Assembly: GCA_904063045.1 (NCBI GenBank)
Contig: CAJFCJ010000070.1
Location: 208,791-272,790 of the forward strand
Length of the DNA: 64,000 bases
Direction of reading: 5' to 3'
Source of the DNA: Dimorphilus gyrociliatus
Lineage: Eukaryota; Animalia; Annelida
In this document: positions 37,720 through 49,472 of the stretch, piece by piece
Layout: each line of letters starts with the position of its first letter
Position numbering within the stretch: position 1 is the first letter of the stretch
Made by a program: the position numbers and the translations under genes
Notes under the pieces: model-generated
The model's input: the letters and a program-made list of their open reading frames with translations, nothing else
What the model was told of the DNA's origin: nothing
Database searches by the model: none

Positions 37720-38300
37720 GGTTAGGATAAAACTAGCAAAAAAGGGATGAGTTTTGGCCATACCTGTGATTTCAATTGAGAACAGGAAGTCCACAAATTA
37801 ATTCCAAAGAGTTGTACAACTTGATGATGGATGATAAATTGAGAAAAAAACTGACAATCTTTATGGTAATTACTAAGGGGACACATAGTAAAAAGAGGCA
37901 CGTTTACAAACAAACCTAGCAAATGAACTTTTAATCTATAGAAGAAGACAATAGGGAGAGTATATTTTCGGATAATGAGAAAGAAGCATTGTTAACTGGA
38001 ACAGATATTTGTCTTATCAATAGCTATAAAAATTGACAGACAGTCTACCAGTTTCTTATATGAAAAAGAACAACTGAAAAAATTCTTGTCCTAGACACAA
38101 GACCATAAATCTATGGAATGTGCCGATATTCATCATGTTTTTTCAAGAATCCATGAATTGAAAAGAGTTGATAAAATAGATCTCTAACAACTTTCAAAGT
38201 TGCATCAATGAACCAAATTTTACAGCATTGCAGTAATTCTATTTGATGATTTGTACCAAAGAAAATACAACAATTTTTCTTTTCTTTTATATCTCTCAAT
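37720..38300 (-). pseudogene. Decayed MULE transposase remnant
   Basis: IFFGTNHQIELLQCCKIWFIDATLKVVRDLFYQLFSIHGFLKK matches ILIFATNHQLNLL...WYIDGTFKIVKEPFYQLVTIHSFVKK (57069..58019). Confidence 0.8.
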
Positions 38301-39064
38301 AAGAAATTGTTCGGAATTTCATCTAGATTTACTTCAAACTATAAATCTCTACAATGCTTTGGTCTTCTATTCTCTTTATATCTGCAAGCTTTTCTTCTTA
38401 GTGATTCTAATTCTAGCAAATCTTCATGTACTTTGTTGTATTGTAATTGTAGGAATATCTGGTTCGCCACAACAGTATTGGTCCTCATCAATCATTGATC
38501 AACTCACCAAAGTACTGGTCCAAATAGAACCTTTTAAGTTTGTCCACAACGTAGCCTCAATAAATGTAATTTAGATAGAAATTAATCAACAAAATGCCAG
38601 TTCATCATCCAAAGAATATGTATTGAGTAAATGAGTTTCTAGTTCTAAACAAGTAAGCTTAAACAGCCAGCTAACAGTTAAAGAACTGAACTGCCAAGCT
38701 GGGAAATGCATTTCCTTTTATACATTTACCAAAGCTTGGGTTCAATTTGTCAAAAGATTAAAATAAAAAGTGAAATGCAACAAAAACATTAAAGATTGTC
38801 ATAAAACACATATAGATCATCATGACATGGCCAACATCTGCCACTGGAGATTAAGTCTGCCTCATCAACATCTGGCATTGCTCAAGATGTCACAATTTTG
38901 ACATGCATCTTTTTTCCATGTTCTTTGTTCCTTTATTCCTACGAAATAGAGTTGTTTCTATAAAATAAAATTTTATAAAATATTGAAGAAATAAACATAA
39001 TCCATCATCAAATTTCAAGTTGTAGTTGTCAGTATGCGACAATATCTTATGTTTTAATTCACAT

Positions 39065-40523
39065 TCAATTAAAAAGTGGAGAACATTTTATATTACAAAA
39101 GATACATTTGTTAAAACTTTGAGATGAAATGGAAATATTAAAGTTTGAATTTATATTTACAGAAAAGGATATTGAACCTCTCGAATTATTGCATAATTTC
39201 ACAAAAGGATGGAATGAAATTCTATTTGATAATATAAATTTTATCAAATCTATTAAAATAACTGTAAATAATTCAAGTTCAACAAATCTGGAAGTTGGTG
39301 AAATTCAAATGTTAGGCTTAGTGAAATATTTCTTTTCATGTAATGAGTGGGCTATTAATTCTAAAAAAACATCAGAGTTCACATATTTTCAAAATCTATA
39401 CAATTCAAAAAATGTAGATGTTGCCAGAATAGAAATGTGGTTCAATGGGTGTTTCTTCTTCTGGTAATTGCTATTTAGCTATAAAGGATTCAGTTGTTTT
39501 TATTGATGAATTATGGAAATCATTGGCAACTGATAAACAAATATATCTAAGAGTAAATCTTTACAAAAGATACCTTATAAAAGAAATTCTTGTAAAACAG
39601 CCTATAGAAAATAAAATTGACTATATTTATATAGGAAATGAAGAGAATGTGATTGATTTGCTGGTAAATAAAACTGGTATGATAACAACAATACAAGCAA
39701 ATGTTAGAACAAATTTTTTGAAATTTTCAATTCCTAATGACAAAAACAGTTTTATTGGCCTATATGAAGTCAAGGTATTTACCTATAAACCATCAGGATA
39801 TTTATTGAAATGCACGGAATATCCACAAAGAATTTTAACTTTTGATTCTGTTTTAGAAAACCATAAAACAAAAACCTATAATCCAACATCAACTGACCAA
39901 TGCGGCCAGAATTTCCAATTCTTTGGGTAAATCATTTTCTCTTTGAAAATAATATATTTAAATATTTAAATTTTTTCCATATATTTTTAGGTCAACAATC
40001 AATTTTTTTCAATCAGCTACAGTCACAAATAAGAATTAATTCTTTTTTGTGTGAAATGCGAATGACAATTTCATGTCAACACTATTTATCAGATAATATA
40101 AAAGGAATTTTATATAATTATAATAATCAAACAATAAGTATTTTGGAAGAAGATTCTAATTGTTTAAAATCCAATGAAAAATGCCAATGTAGTAATAATT
40201 CTACTGAAAGTTATTATGGAACTGTCAGATTTTCAAGTAAAGATTTGCCAATTTCAAAGATTTGTAGAAGTAAAAGAGATAATGGTATTGATTCACCAAA
40301 AATTCTTATCAGTGTAATGCCACTGCTCTGCTATTCTGAATTACATTATTTGATTTCTGATAATAAAGAAATTATTGATAATAGTCTTCAGACATGTTCA
40401 AGAAATCTACAATTTAATACTGTTTCTATTCATTCAAAATTTCAAGATTATAGTTCTCTAGAAACAAAATTATGGCTTGGACACAAAAATTCATCTACAT
40501 GGATGTACTTTGTTGTTTCGTGA
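39065..40523 (+). CDS. Fragmented gene for a probable extracellular beta-sandwich (galactose-binding/discoidin-like) protein; frameshift near 39445
   Basis: GWNEILF...LEVGEIQMLG and KDSVVFIDELWKSLATD are homologous to 43144-44084; the fold assignment is tentative. Confidence 0.45.
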
Positions 40524-42226
40524 TCATAGGAATTTCATTCTCGTTCCAACTGTATTCGTCCGTACTGCTCATTTAATATTATGCCAAAGTACTTGTCCAA
40601 ATAGAACCTCAAGTTTGTCCACAAGTATCAACAAATGAATGATATTCGTCCAAAGTTTTTTTTTTTTATATCAAACTTTCAACAAAAAGCCAGTATTTTC
40701 CAAATAAGATATGTATTCAATATTCTGAGCTTTTACCTCTAAGCAAGTGGTTAGAAAACTAAGCTAACAACTGTTCAATTCTAAGGGTTTATATACTTTC
40801 CTAAGAGTTTAACAGTTCACAATTTCAAAGTTTGAACAATGCAAAGTAACGTTTTAACACAATTGAAAGTTCTAAAAATGGTTCCACCTTTAATTGATTT
40901 TCATTCATCCTGAGTAATTAGGTCAGATAAATTTAGATGGTCAACTTCTTTCGTAAGATGTAACAATTTTGTTAACATTCAATTCAACCATTGAAAGTGA
41001 AAAATTCAAACTGGTCCAAAAGTCAACAATAGTTGAGTTTTACCTTTTGATACTCTTTAGCTGGTGGCTAAATAAATGTTCTTAAGTGATTAAAGTAAGA
41101 CTAATGTAGTTCTATAGTTAATGCTAAATTCATTGCATTTGTTTGCAAGTATTTTATATGCTCATGTGCTACCTGCATTGCGGCATATGTGTATAATAGA
41201 ATTGTGTGTACCCAGCACACAATGCTATTGCTAAGTATTCATATTAAATAGTATTGAATTAAGTCTATGGTTTTCTAAAAGAGCATCTATATTGAACTGA
41301 AGTGCACAATGGAATTGTCAAGATATAATTGTTTATCAACATAACATTGAAAATTGTGGTAATTCTGCATTTAGTAAATGCAATTTAGTAGAATATGAAC
41401 AATTAAGTTCAGCTTCAATTAAAGTTTGTAAATATATTTGCAAAATAGGAACTATTGACCAAATACAAATTATGAAGAAATTTCAAATTTCTCAAACAGA
41501 AATAGAATTGTGCAAAGGAACTGTGGCTTTGTTAGATTTGTAATTATATGAATGAAAAATAATTATTCTTTGAAAATAATACATGAATTTAATACAGAAA
41601 TAACTCCCTTTTGAAACAGCTGAGCTATGATTCTACCAATAATAGAGTACTGGTCCTGATAGCACCAAATAGTTAGTAAAGTGGCTGGAAAAATGAAAAT
41701 TTCTAAGCAAACCAAAGGGCTAGGTTAGTTTAAAAGCAAAGCTTTTTGTGCACATTTTCCATGACATCCAAATTCATTCAGTACTGAATGCTTAATTCTA
41801 GTTCAGGCTGCTTTTTATGCACTCTTTTTGTACAGGTAGATGGCTTATAGCACTGATAGCCAAGTGAAAGTGAACCTGGGTGTAGCTGTACCCATTTCAT
41901 TTCCCAATACCAATATATTGGCAACCCCTGAAAACATTTTTGGAAAAAGTTAGTTGGAAAATTTTTATTCATTTTTTGTTAGAGAGGTTGCATTTCTGTA
42001 TCAGAGAATATAAATAACATAGATATTACCCAGAATTTCAGATATATTCTTAAAAGTTTACAGCTTCTGTGTGTATGTTTACACCTCCATCTAAGATATC
42101 TATAAGAATATTACTGAAAAGAATACAATAAAACAAATTATTGGACTATTGAAGAAAGAATACTATGCAAAAAAAATACTTAATGTTTGAATTAATAATT
42201 CATGAGCCAATACCTTCCAAGTCTAT

Positions 42227-42923
42227 TGTACAACTTTGGTTATATTCTACATGCTTAAACTCTAGTACTTTATGCAACTTATACATGTACATCTTAAAAC
42301 CTATGCAAGAAAATGCTATAACATTGGCCAAACATAAGTCTGATTAGTCAGCTTCAAGGCTCATCTTTAATTACCAATAAAGGTTTGGCCAAGTTATAAT
42401 TCAATTAACCTTCCTAAATGTTCAACCTTGTTACATCCTCTTACTAAACATAAATATGAACTACACATTTCAGCAACTGTAAAGTGATGATTGGATGTTA
42501 GAGGCAAACCTCAAAGTATATAAATCCTCACTATTCACATTCTGCGTGTCACTTGTATCTGGACCCAAGGACCTGGGAAGAGAACCTGGAAACAACCTCC
42601 ACTGGAACCATCCATCTACTCCTCAACATAGGAAGACAGTTTGGTAATTTGACAACCTGCTATTACAAACTATCTACTCTGCTATTGAACTCTCATATTG
42701 TTACTTGCTTAAGTATTATTATTGCGAATAAACCATTTTATTTTAAACATTTGTTTAAAAGGTTTGAGTAGAACCAGTATTGTTATCACTTGCAAATGCA
42801 TAGATTTTGTCAGCAAGAGCAGTACAAATTTGGCACAGTCGACAGGATATTATTTTGGTTTATTCAAAAGTTTGGAGAAATTAAATATGGCAGAAGGAGG
42901 AAATGGTAATGCCATTGGGGCAG
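42227..42923 (+). mobile_element. Diverged 5' fragment of the Gypsy A family: LTR (42227-42826), PBS (42831-42848) and the first gag codons
   Basis: Alignable to 4643-5370; has only one copy of the internal GGCCAAGTTATAATT duplication; ends after MAEGGNGNAIGA. Confidence 0.9.
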
Positions 42924-43143
42924 CTACATTTTGTATTTTTTAGATATGATAGTTAATTCATTTTAATAATATAGCTTTAATATTATAGCCTATAGTCTAC
43001 TTTAGAAAATTCACTATTTTATTTTTTAATAGTGCATTGCATTATTTGTTTTAAATTCTTTAACCTTCATTATCTAACATAATAACTGTTGCTTCACACA
43101 AATTTGCATCATTATCTGGGTATTTTTGGTATTCCTTAACAAT

Positions 43144-44084
43144 TTATAAATGACGAATTACTGCAAATTTACATATATATTTACATAGTTTAATAGAGAA
43201 GTAATCTGAATTTTCTGAATTATGAAAAGGACATTGGCACAGTGATAGGCTCCCGCAATTTTTAGTATTATCTTCCTTATAAACTGTAATATCTTGACAA
43301 TCAAATGGATTCTTATTCTCTTTAAACCATAGGTTAAATTTTATTTCAATAAATATATTTCTATCAGTTGCCAATGGTTTCCACATTTCATCAATATAAA
43401 CAACGGAATCTTTCATTGCTGATTTACAATTACCAGTTGATGATAGGCAAGTTGAACCACTTTCAATTCTTGAAACATCTAATGATATCCAATTATCAAT
43501 TATTGACAGAGGGACAGTGGCTTTTTTAAGTTTTGATTCATTAGACCATTCATAACATGATAGAAAATATTTATTTAAAAACCAAGTATTTGAAATTCAC
43601 CAATTTCTAGATCATCATAATCAGATTCACTTACCATTACATAGATTCTAAATATAGATGTTAAGTTAGAAAATTCAATTTCATTCCAGCCATTAGTAAA
43701 ATTATGCTGTAAAACATAATCTTCTGTATTGTCTGAAAATGTTAATGTCAAATTCAACTTTTCGTGTCCATTACGTAATTTTAGGAGATGTATCATATGC
43801 AATTTAAAATTTTCTCCATCTTGAATTTGAAACCAAAATTTAAAATTACCAAATTCATACAATCCGTAATGAAGTGAACCACTTTGACGAAAAATCTGGT
43901 CAGATGACAATAGATTTACGTAATCTTCATAAAATCCATAGATTAATGGTACAAACAATATGGTCGAACCGAAATAGCTTTTTGTCATATACATTTCTTT
44001 TTTGAACAACTCATTCAAAGAGAGAAGGTTCTCCAATTGACAAACAGGTTTTTTTTCAATTGTCCAATTTGTGTATATAGACAC
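43144..44084 (-). CDS. Inverted paralog of the 39065-40523 gene (partial)
   Basis: HNFTNGWNEIEF...LEIGEFQILG and MKDSVVYIDEMWKPLATD. Confidence 0.5.
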
Positions 44085-45126
44085 GGGATAATGATCTTAT
44101 CTCTTCATTTCAGAAATTTTTAAATAATTAATGATCAATGTCAATTGAAATTCAATTTTATCAATATTTTTTATTTATTAAGTTTGAGGAGAAATTGATT
44201 ATCTGACTTTTCTTTATTAATACATTCAGTTTTTTGTTTGTCTCCACGAGTCAATAGCAAATGTCCATAAATTGATAGACTGGTAGACATAAAGAAAATC
44301 TATAGAAAATGAAGTATAAAATGCTAACTTAGTTTCCCTATTTTCACTTTTTTTTGATGTAATTTAAAAAGAAAATATGGGGTAAAATGTCATTGAATAA
44401 ATACTTTTTATTTGGTAATATAAATGTTAGCAACTGGCCTGTTTGGTAGTGAATTTTATATTTCTATAATTGACCTTCACCTTTGAATTAATATAGACTA
44501 GAAATCTACCTAACCCTAACCTTAAATAATTTATAAACCAAAGACATAAAACAAAGCAATTGATGTCAATTTCCAATTATCGCTAAATAAACTATAAATC
44601 TGAAATTGAAACTTTATTCGAAGTTTCTATAGAATTCCAACCAGAATTTGTATCATAAACAATTTGTTGAGAAGCAATTTTAACTCTTTCAGTTGCTTGT
44701 AAATTATTTGTTTTATAGGCAAAAATGCTGAATGTTGTTCAGTAGCATTGGGCTTATATCCTGATATATATGTATCTGAGGATGTTGATCTTGGAGATCC
44801 TTCAATCAGCTTTCAGGATAATCTATCATTTTCATCTAAATGCAGAATAATCCCTTTTGATGCTTTATTGTTGAGTCCTTGGAAAGTTAATGAGAATGAT
44901 TAGAAGCATTCTAAGCAAATTATCAGAGGAAGCTAAATTTACAGAAACAAATAGAAAATGGTCTGGAAATCAAAAGGAACAATTAAAACTTACATATCTA
45001 TAGGGCAGGAATTAAAAGGAAAGAACATCTATGAAAATAATTCTAGTTAAAAAATATAAGCATTATGGAAATATTTAGGGTGGGCGAAATTACAAGAAAA
45101 TAGCTTATTAAAATGTCTTCTAAATT

Positions 45127-45421
45127 GTTAGGGTTAGGGTTAGGGTTAGGTTAGGGTTAGGGTTAGGTTAGGGTTAGGTTAGGGTTAGGGTTAGGGTTAG
45201 GTTAGGGTTAGGTTAGGGTTAGGGTTAGGTTAGGGTTAGGGTTAGGTTAGGGTTAGGGTTAGGGTTAGGGTTAGGGTTAGGGTTAGGGTTAGGTTAGGGT
45301 TAGGGTTAGGGTTAGGGTTAGGGTTAGGGTTAGGGTTAGGGTTAGGGTTAGGGTTAGGTTAGGTTAGGTTAGGGTTAGGGTTAGGGTTAGGGTTAGGGTT
45401 TGGTAAGGGTTATGGGTTAGG
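45127..45421 (+). repeat. Telomeric array 1: TTAGGG with interspersed TTAGG; last 20 bp degenerate
   Basis: Direct reading of the sequence. Confidence 0.98.
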
Positions 45422-45730
45422 CCACTCACACAACTCTGGTAATGTTTTTGGGAACTGGTTAGCTAGTGTTCCAGTGTAATACCTAACTTTTACTCAATGT
45501 TAGGTAGGGGTTCTCCTTGGTCAGGATTATAGATCTGGGCTCCCAGTTCTAGTCAGGTTTTGGGAACTGGTTAGTTGGTGTTCCAGGGTTCTACCAATTT
45601 TCCAATAGGTAGGAGTTCTCTATGTCTGAGCTCCTTGGTGCTTCAGTGCTCTGTCAAACTCTTAGTCTTATTCAATAACAATTAAATTTTTTCTTTTTCA
45701 TCAACTTTTTATTTTAAACTTTAAAACATA

Positions 45731-45775
45731 TTACAACAATATTTCGCCTCTACTTGAGGCTTCATCAGGTTGTAA
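45731..45775 (-). ncRNA. Minimal type I hammerhead ribozyme
   Basis: Minus strand reads TTACAAC-CTGATGA-A-GCCTC(AAGTA)GAGGC-GAAA-TA-TT-GTTGTAA: 7-bp stem I, 5-bp stem II, palindromic AUAU stem III, AUU cleavage triplet, one extra A after the core. Confidence 0.75.
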
Positions 45776-45878
45776 GTTAAACTGAACACAAACATAAGTA
45801 TTTATACCATCACCACAAAAAAAATTTATATATAAAACATGAAAACAAGATGGCTGCCCTTGCACTAGCGCCACCTAA

Positions 45879-46070
45879 CTACATTTTTCTTTGTTTCTTT
45901 GAAGGTACTACTTCAAATTCATCACCTGATCTTTTGATTAGGAGTCTTTGTTGTATTCCAATATTGCTATTCTCTTTTGGAGTGCTTTCATATTGATACT
46001 CACCATCTTCCATATCATCATAGTTGTCATCATCTTCTTCCTCCTCAGTCTGTTCCTTGGTAGGGACCAT
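45879..46070 (-). CDS. Small acidic ORF with a basic C-terminal NLS-like motif in the 3' region of PLE 1
   Basis: EEEEDDDNYDD...PSKKQRKM; coding status unproven. Confidence 0.3.
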   Translation of the reverse strand: MVPTKEQTEEEEDDDNYDDMEDGEYQYESTPKENSNIGIQQRLLIKRSGDEFEVVPSKKQRKM

Positions 46071-46084
46071 TTCTTTGTCTGACT

Positions 46085-46330
46085 AAGTTGTAAGAACTGT
46101 TGAAGCTCACTTGAGCTCTTGGAGCTCTATTGAGTTCTTGGAGCTCTACTGAGCTCTTAGAGCTCTTGGAGCTCTACTGAGTTCTTGGAGCTCTACTGAG
46201 CTCTTCAAGGTCTCCTGTGGTATTGGAGCTCAACTGAGCTACTGTAGCTCCTTGGAGCTCTTGGACCTTATTGTAGCTAACTGTAGCTTTTGGAGTTCAT
46301 TGTAGCTTGTAGAGCTTGTTGTAGCTGCTG
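46085..46330. repeat. Minisatellite of 9-10-bp units with a palindromic GAGCTC core
   Basis: AGAGCTCCA / AGAACTCAGT units on the minus strand; similar to the last codons of the RT ORF (ELQEL). Confidence 0.85.
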
Positions 46331-46337
46331 AAATTCA

Positions 46338-48614
46338 TTACAGTTCTTGGAGTTCACTTTGGCTTTTCTGGAGTAGAATTTTTTCTATGTGTTTTTCCAT
46401 CATCTCATCAACCTTCTTATTGATAAGCCAGTGTCTGGTAGTAGTTGGGATCCTAAAGGCAGTTATTGACTTATACATTTGGAAGTGAGAGCTGTTAGGG
46501 GCTAGCTGGTGGATTGTTCTCTTGACTTTCTCAGCTATTAGTTGGGCTCCATTGTGTTGTGGTATGAGGAGTGGTACCATTTCCTTGGTGGTAAAACCTT
46601 CATGTTTATTAAGACCATGTGGGAACAGTGTATCCAAATGGTTGATGATTTCAGTTTCTTTTCTCATTAACCAAACTATTACTGAGCTCTCTGTGAGTTC
46701 CTTAGGAGCTACAGCAGCTATGTAGATCTTGAACTTCTTGATATCATGTGTTGCCATATGGTTATATAGTGGTCTATCTATCTTGTTTTTGAAGCCCAAA
46801 TTATGGGTACCCCATCTACACTTGATAGTATCTGTAGTCATACCCACATATGCTAACCCACACATAGAGCATTGTAGGATATAGACACAACCATTGGTGT
46901 TACAGTTAATGCTTTGGGTTAAGCTCCAAGAGTTGACCTGGTATAGGTCAAATACCTCATCTCTGGAGTCCAGTCTGAGGCAAGTATCACATCTAGTGTT
47001 ACAACATTTATTGACTTTATACCTCAGTGCCTTTTTTTCTTCAGCTCTGGTGTTGAATTTTTTGATGGTGTCCCTCCCCATTCTCCAGGTGTAGCCATTG
47101 ACTTTATTGATTCTAATGAGATCTTTGAACTGTGAGATAGCCATTTTGGGATCTTTGCAGTTTCTCATATATCTAGTTAGCTGGCTCATTAGGATACCTC
47201 TGAATGTGTGTGGTGGATGATTGGATTTGGTGTGTAGCAGTATTCTGGAGTCAGTAGCCTTAAAATGGGTTTCCCAGGAAAGAGAGTTCCCTAGTATATG
47301 TAGGTCCAAGTCCAGAAAAGTACTTGATTTAGGGTTCTGGGACCAAGTGAGCTTGATATCTGGATTTCTGTTGTTTAGTCTTGTCTTGAACTCCATGATG
47401 TCCCTGTCTGGTTTAGTGACCAAAATGATATCATCAATGTACCTGCCATAGTACTCAATGTCCTCTGTAAAATCTGTGACCAATTCATGTTCCCAGGTGT
47501 GTAACACTATGTTTGCATATGCAGGACTAAATGGAGCTCCCATAGCTGTGCCCTTTATTTGCAGGAACCTGTGGTTCCCAAAGGTGAAATCATTGTTGTT
47601 GAGACAAATCCAAAGGAGTTCCAAGATTAGTTCATCAGGTCTACCTTCATGGTAGTGGGTTAACATGAACTCTTTAACAGCTTTTATGCCCCATTGAGGG
47701 TTAATGCTTGGGTATAGAGCTTCTACATCTGCTGTGAAGATCCCTCTGTTTTGCCAATTATGTATCATAGATAGTTTGCCAATGCAATGTTGGGTGTTTT
47801 TAACATAGCTAGTGGTACTTTTTGCCATTTTGACCAGATAGTGATCAACAAATTTAGATATTTTATATAGATCAGAGCCTACATAGCTCACCACTGGTCT
47901 CCCCTTGGGGATCCTATATGGTACTCTCCATTGGGAGCTGTGTTTATGAATTTTAGGTAGGAGGTAAAACTTTCTATCTCCTGGGCTATTCTGTGGAGCC
48001 ATCAGAGTTGCTGTAGATTTGGTAATAATTTTCATTGTAACCAATTCATTAAGGATTTCATTTAACCGGGTCCATTGGGTAGAGCTTATTTTATTGCTGA
48101 CCTGTTTGTAGGTTGTTCTGTCACAGAGCTGTGTCATGGCTTCAAAGACATAGTCCTCTTTGTCCATTAAGACAATCCTTCTTCCTTTATCAGCTGGTTT
48201 AATGATAATGTTAGGATGATTGTTGAGGAAGTTTTTCATTAGGCCTTGATTTTCAAAACCCTTCTGGGCTCTATTAATTTTTTCAGAGCCCTTTATAATG
48301 TCATATATCCTGTCTGTGATATGGTTAATTTCTGGAATATGACTAGAGGGCATGTAATTTAACTCCCTCATTAGTTCAGGTAGAGATGGTGCTTGTATGT
48401 CAAGAAGTTTTTTCTTTAGTGGATTATTTCGAAATCTTGGTGTACCATTTTTCTCAATGATCTTTAGCCATTTTAATGTATAATCCAAGATCCCTGTGAA
48501 GTGCAAGTTTATAAATTTATTTGGGGCCCAAGTCCAGGCAAAGCCCAGACCTTGTGCCATAGTGTTCAGGCAAGAACTCTTGATGTTAGAGTTCCTACAT
48601 AGGTTAAAAACCAT
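46338..48614 (-). CDS. PLE reverse transcriptase with Cys-rich linker and C-terminal GIY-YIG endonuclease (758 aa)
   Basis: IKPADKG, FYLLPKIHK, GRPVVS, DVEALYPSI, GTAMGAPFSP, RYIDD; linker CCNTRCDTC...C; VYILQCSMCGLAYVG, catalytic R (RWGTH), E (KETEII) and N (HGLN). Confidence 0.95.
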   Translation of the reverse strand: MVFNLCRNSNIKSSCLNTMAQGLGFAWTWAPNKFINLHFTGILDYTLKWLKIIEKNGTPRFRNNPLKKKLLDIQAPSLPELMRELNYMPSSHIPEINHITDRIYDIIKGSEKINRAQKGFENQGLMKNFLNNHPNIIIKPADKGRRIVLMDKEDYVFEAMTQLCDRTTYKQVSNKISSTQWTRLNEILNELVTMKIITKSTATLMAPQNSPGDRKFYLLPKIHKHSSQWRVPYRIPKGRPVVSYVGSDLYKISKFVDHYLVKMAKSTTSYVKNTQHCIGKLSMIHNWQNRGIFTADVEALYPSINPQWGIKAVKEFMLTHYHEGRPDELILELLWICLNNNDFTFGNHRFLQIKGTAMGAPFSPAYANIVLHTWEHELVTDFTEDIEYYGRYIDDIILVTKPDRDIMEFKTRLNNRNPDIKLTWSQNPKSSTFLDLDLHILGNSLSWETHFKATDSRILLHTKSNHPPHTFRGILMSQLTRYMRNCKDPKMAISQFKDLIRINKVNGYTWRMGRDTIKKFNTRAEEKKALRYKVNKCCNTRCDTCLRLDSRDEVFDLYQVNSWSLTQSINCNTNGCVYILQCSMCGLAYVGMTTDTIKCRWGTHNLGFKNKIDRPLYNHMATHDIKKFKIYIAAVAPKELTESSVIVWLMRKETEIINHLDTLFPHGLNKHEGFTTKEMVPLLIPQHNGAQLIAEKVKRTIHQLAPNSSHFQMYKSITAFRIPTTTRHWLINKKVDEMMEKHIEKILLQKSQSELQEL

Positions 48615-48685
48615 ACTTGGTTCTGTTTTATTGATAAAAACATGTTTAAAAACATTATAATTGTTATGCTGTTGTGCTTGAAGAG

Positions 48686-49468
48686 TTAGGAGTTTCCCTG
48701 GTCCATAGTCTCCTCATCAGCACTCATTTTCTCTGTAATTCCTTTAAATAAGACAGTCATGATTGCCAATTCCTTTCTTAGTTCTGAGATTTCATCCTTA
48801 GAGTTCTTGTAAGGTTCTTTGTGTCTGGTTTTGTCTGCTGGTTTCTTGGATCTCTGTATGGTAGGGAGCTCTTTGAAATTTTCATGGAGCTCTCTATTGA
48901 AAGAGTCATCTAAGGGAGCTTTTAGATTTTTGGTAACCAAGTATACACTTTCTTTAAGTTGGGCCCAATTAATCTTTTTGCCATATTTTTGTATCGATCT
49001 GGTTTTGGCTACTTCAATAGCTTTCTTAACCTCTGATTGATTGTAATTTTGCTGATCATTTTTTATCTTGTCCCTCATTTTAGAGAGCCTCTCATTGAGC
49101 TCCTCCAGCACCACTCTATTTGTTTCTCTAGCACAAGTATTGGCTATTTCATGTAGTTGGTTGAGTCTTTCCCCAGTAATGGGACCTCCTGTGATTCTAA
49201 TTGAGTCCATCATATCCATGGCCTTTTTGGTCCAAGGGTTATATTCCTTAAGTCTCTCAATCTGGTGAATAGAACTGTAAGTTTTACTCATAGCTCTAGT
49301 CAGGGCTTTTTCCTTGTCACTTAGAGAACCTTTAAAACCATTTGCATCAGGTGCAGTCTGGCTCTTTGTGACTTGTACCCATCTGGGTTTGTCTGGAGCT
49401 CTGGAGTAGGGTGTCTTTCTTCCTGTTTTTTTTGTTCTTCTAGGAGCTTGGTTTTGTTTAGGGTCCAT
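48686..49468 (-). CDS. PLE 1 ORF1, basic / predicted helical coiled-coil protein (260 aa)
   Basis: Uninterrupted ORF, co-oriented with and 72 bp upstream of the RT ORF; Lys/Arg-rich N-terminus. Confidence 0.75.
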   Translation of the reverse strand: MDPKQNQAPRRTKKTGRKTPYSRAPDKPRWVQVTKSQTAPDANGFKGSLSDKEKALTRAMSKTYSSIHQIERLKEYNPWTKKAMDMMDSIRITGGPITGERLNQLHEIANTCARETNRVVLEELNERLSKMRDKIKNDQQNYNQSEVKKAIEVAKTRSIQKYGKKINWAQLKESVYLVTKNLKAPLDDSFNRELHENFKELPTIQRSKKPADKTRHKEPYKNSKDEISELRKELAIMTVLFKGITEKMSADEETMDQGNS

Positions 49469-49472
49469 TGCC

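Larger units (their letters stand above)
45401..49472 (-). mobile_element. Penelope-like element 1 (Neptune-type, endonuclease-positive), bounded by telomeric arrays on both sides
   Basis: ORF1, RT-GIY-YIG ORF and 3' hammerhead; 3' end merges into array 1 and 5' end abuts array 2. Confidence 0.92.

Noticed and set aside
44508-44525. Short CCTAACCCTAAC hits (also 19143-19153)
   Set aside because: Only about two units; compatible with chance or tiny remnants, with no associated structure.
46338-48614. Telomerase (TERT), group II intron RT, or Naiad/Chlamys-type selenoprotein PLE
   Set aside because: Motifs are PLE-type with a C-terminal, not N-terminal, GIY-YIG; no TERT T/CP motifs were recognised, and there are no in-frame TGA codons.
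46522-49268. Several 60-76-aa plus-strand ORFs over PLE 1 (and similar ones over the Gypsy and MULE genes)
   Set aside because: Antisense shadows of long coding regions, with no independent evidence.
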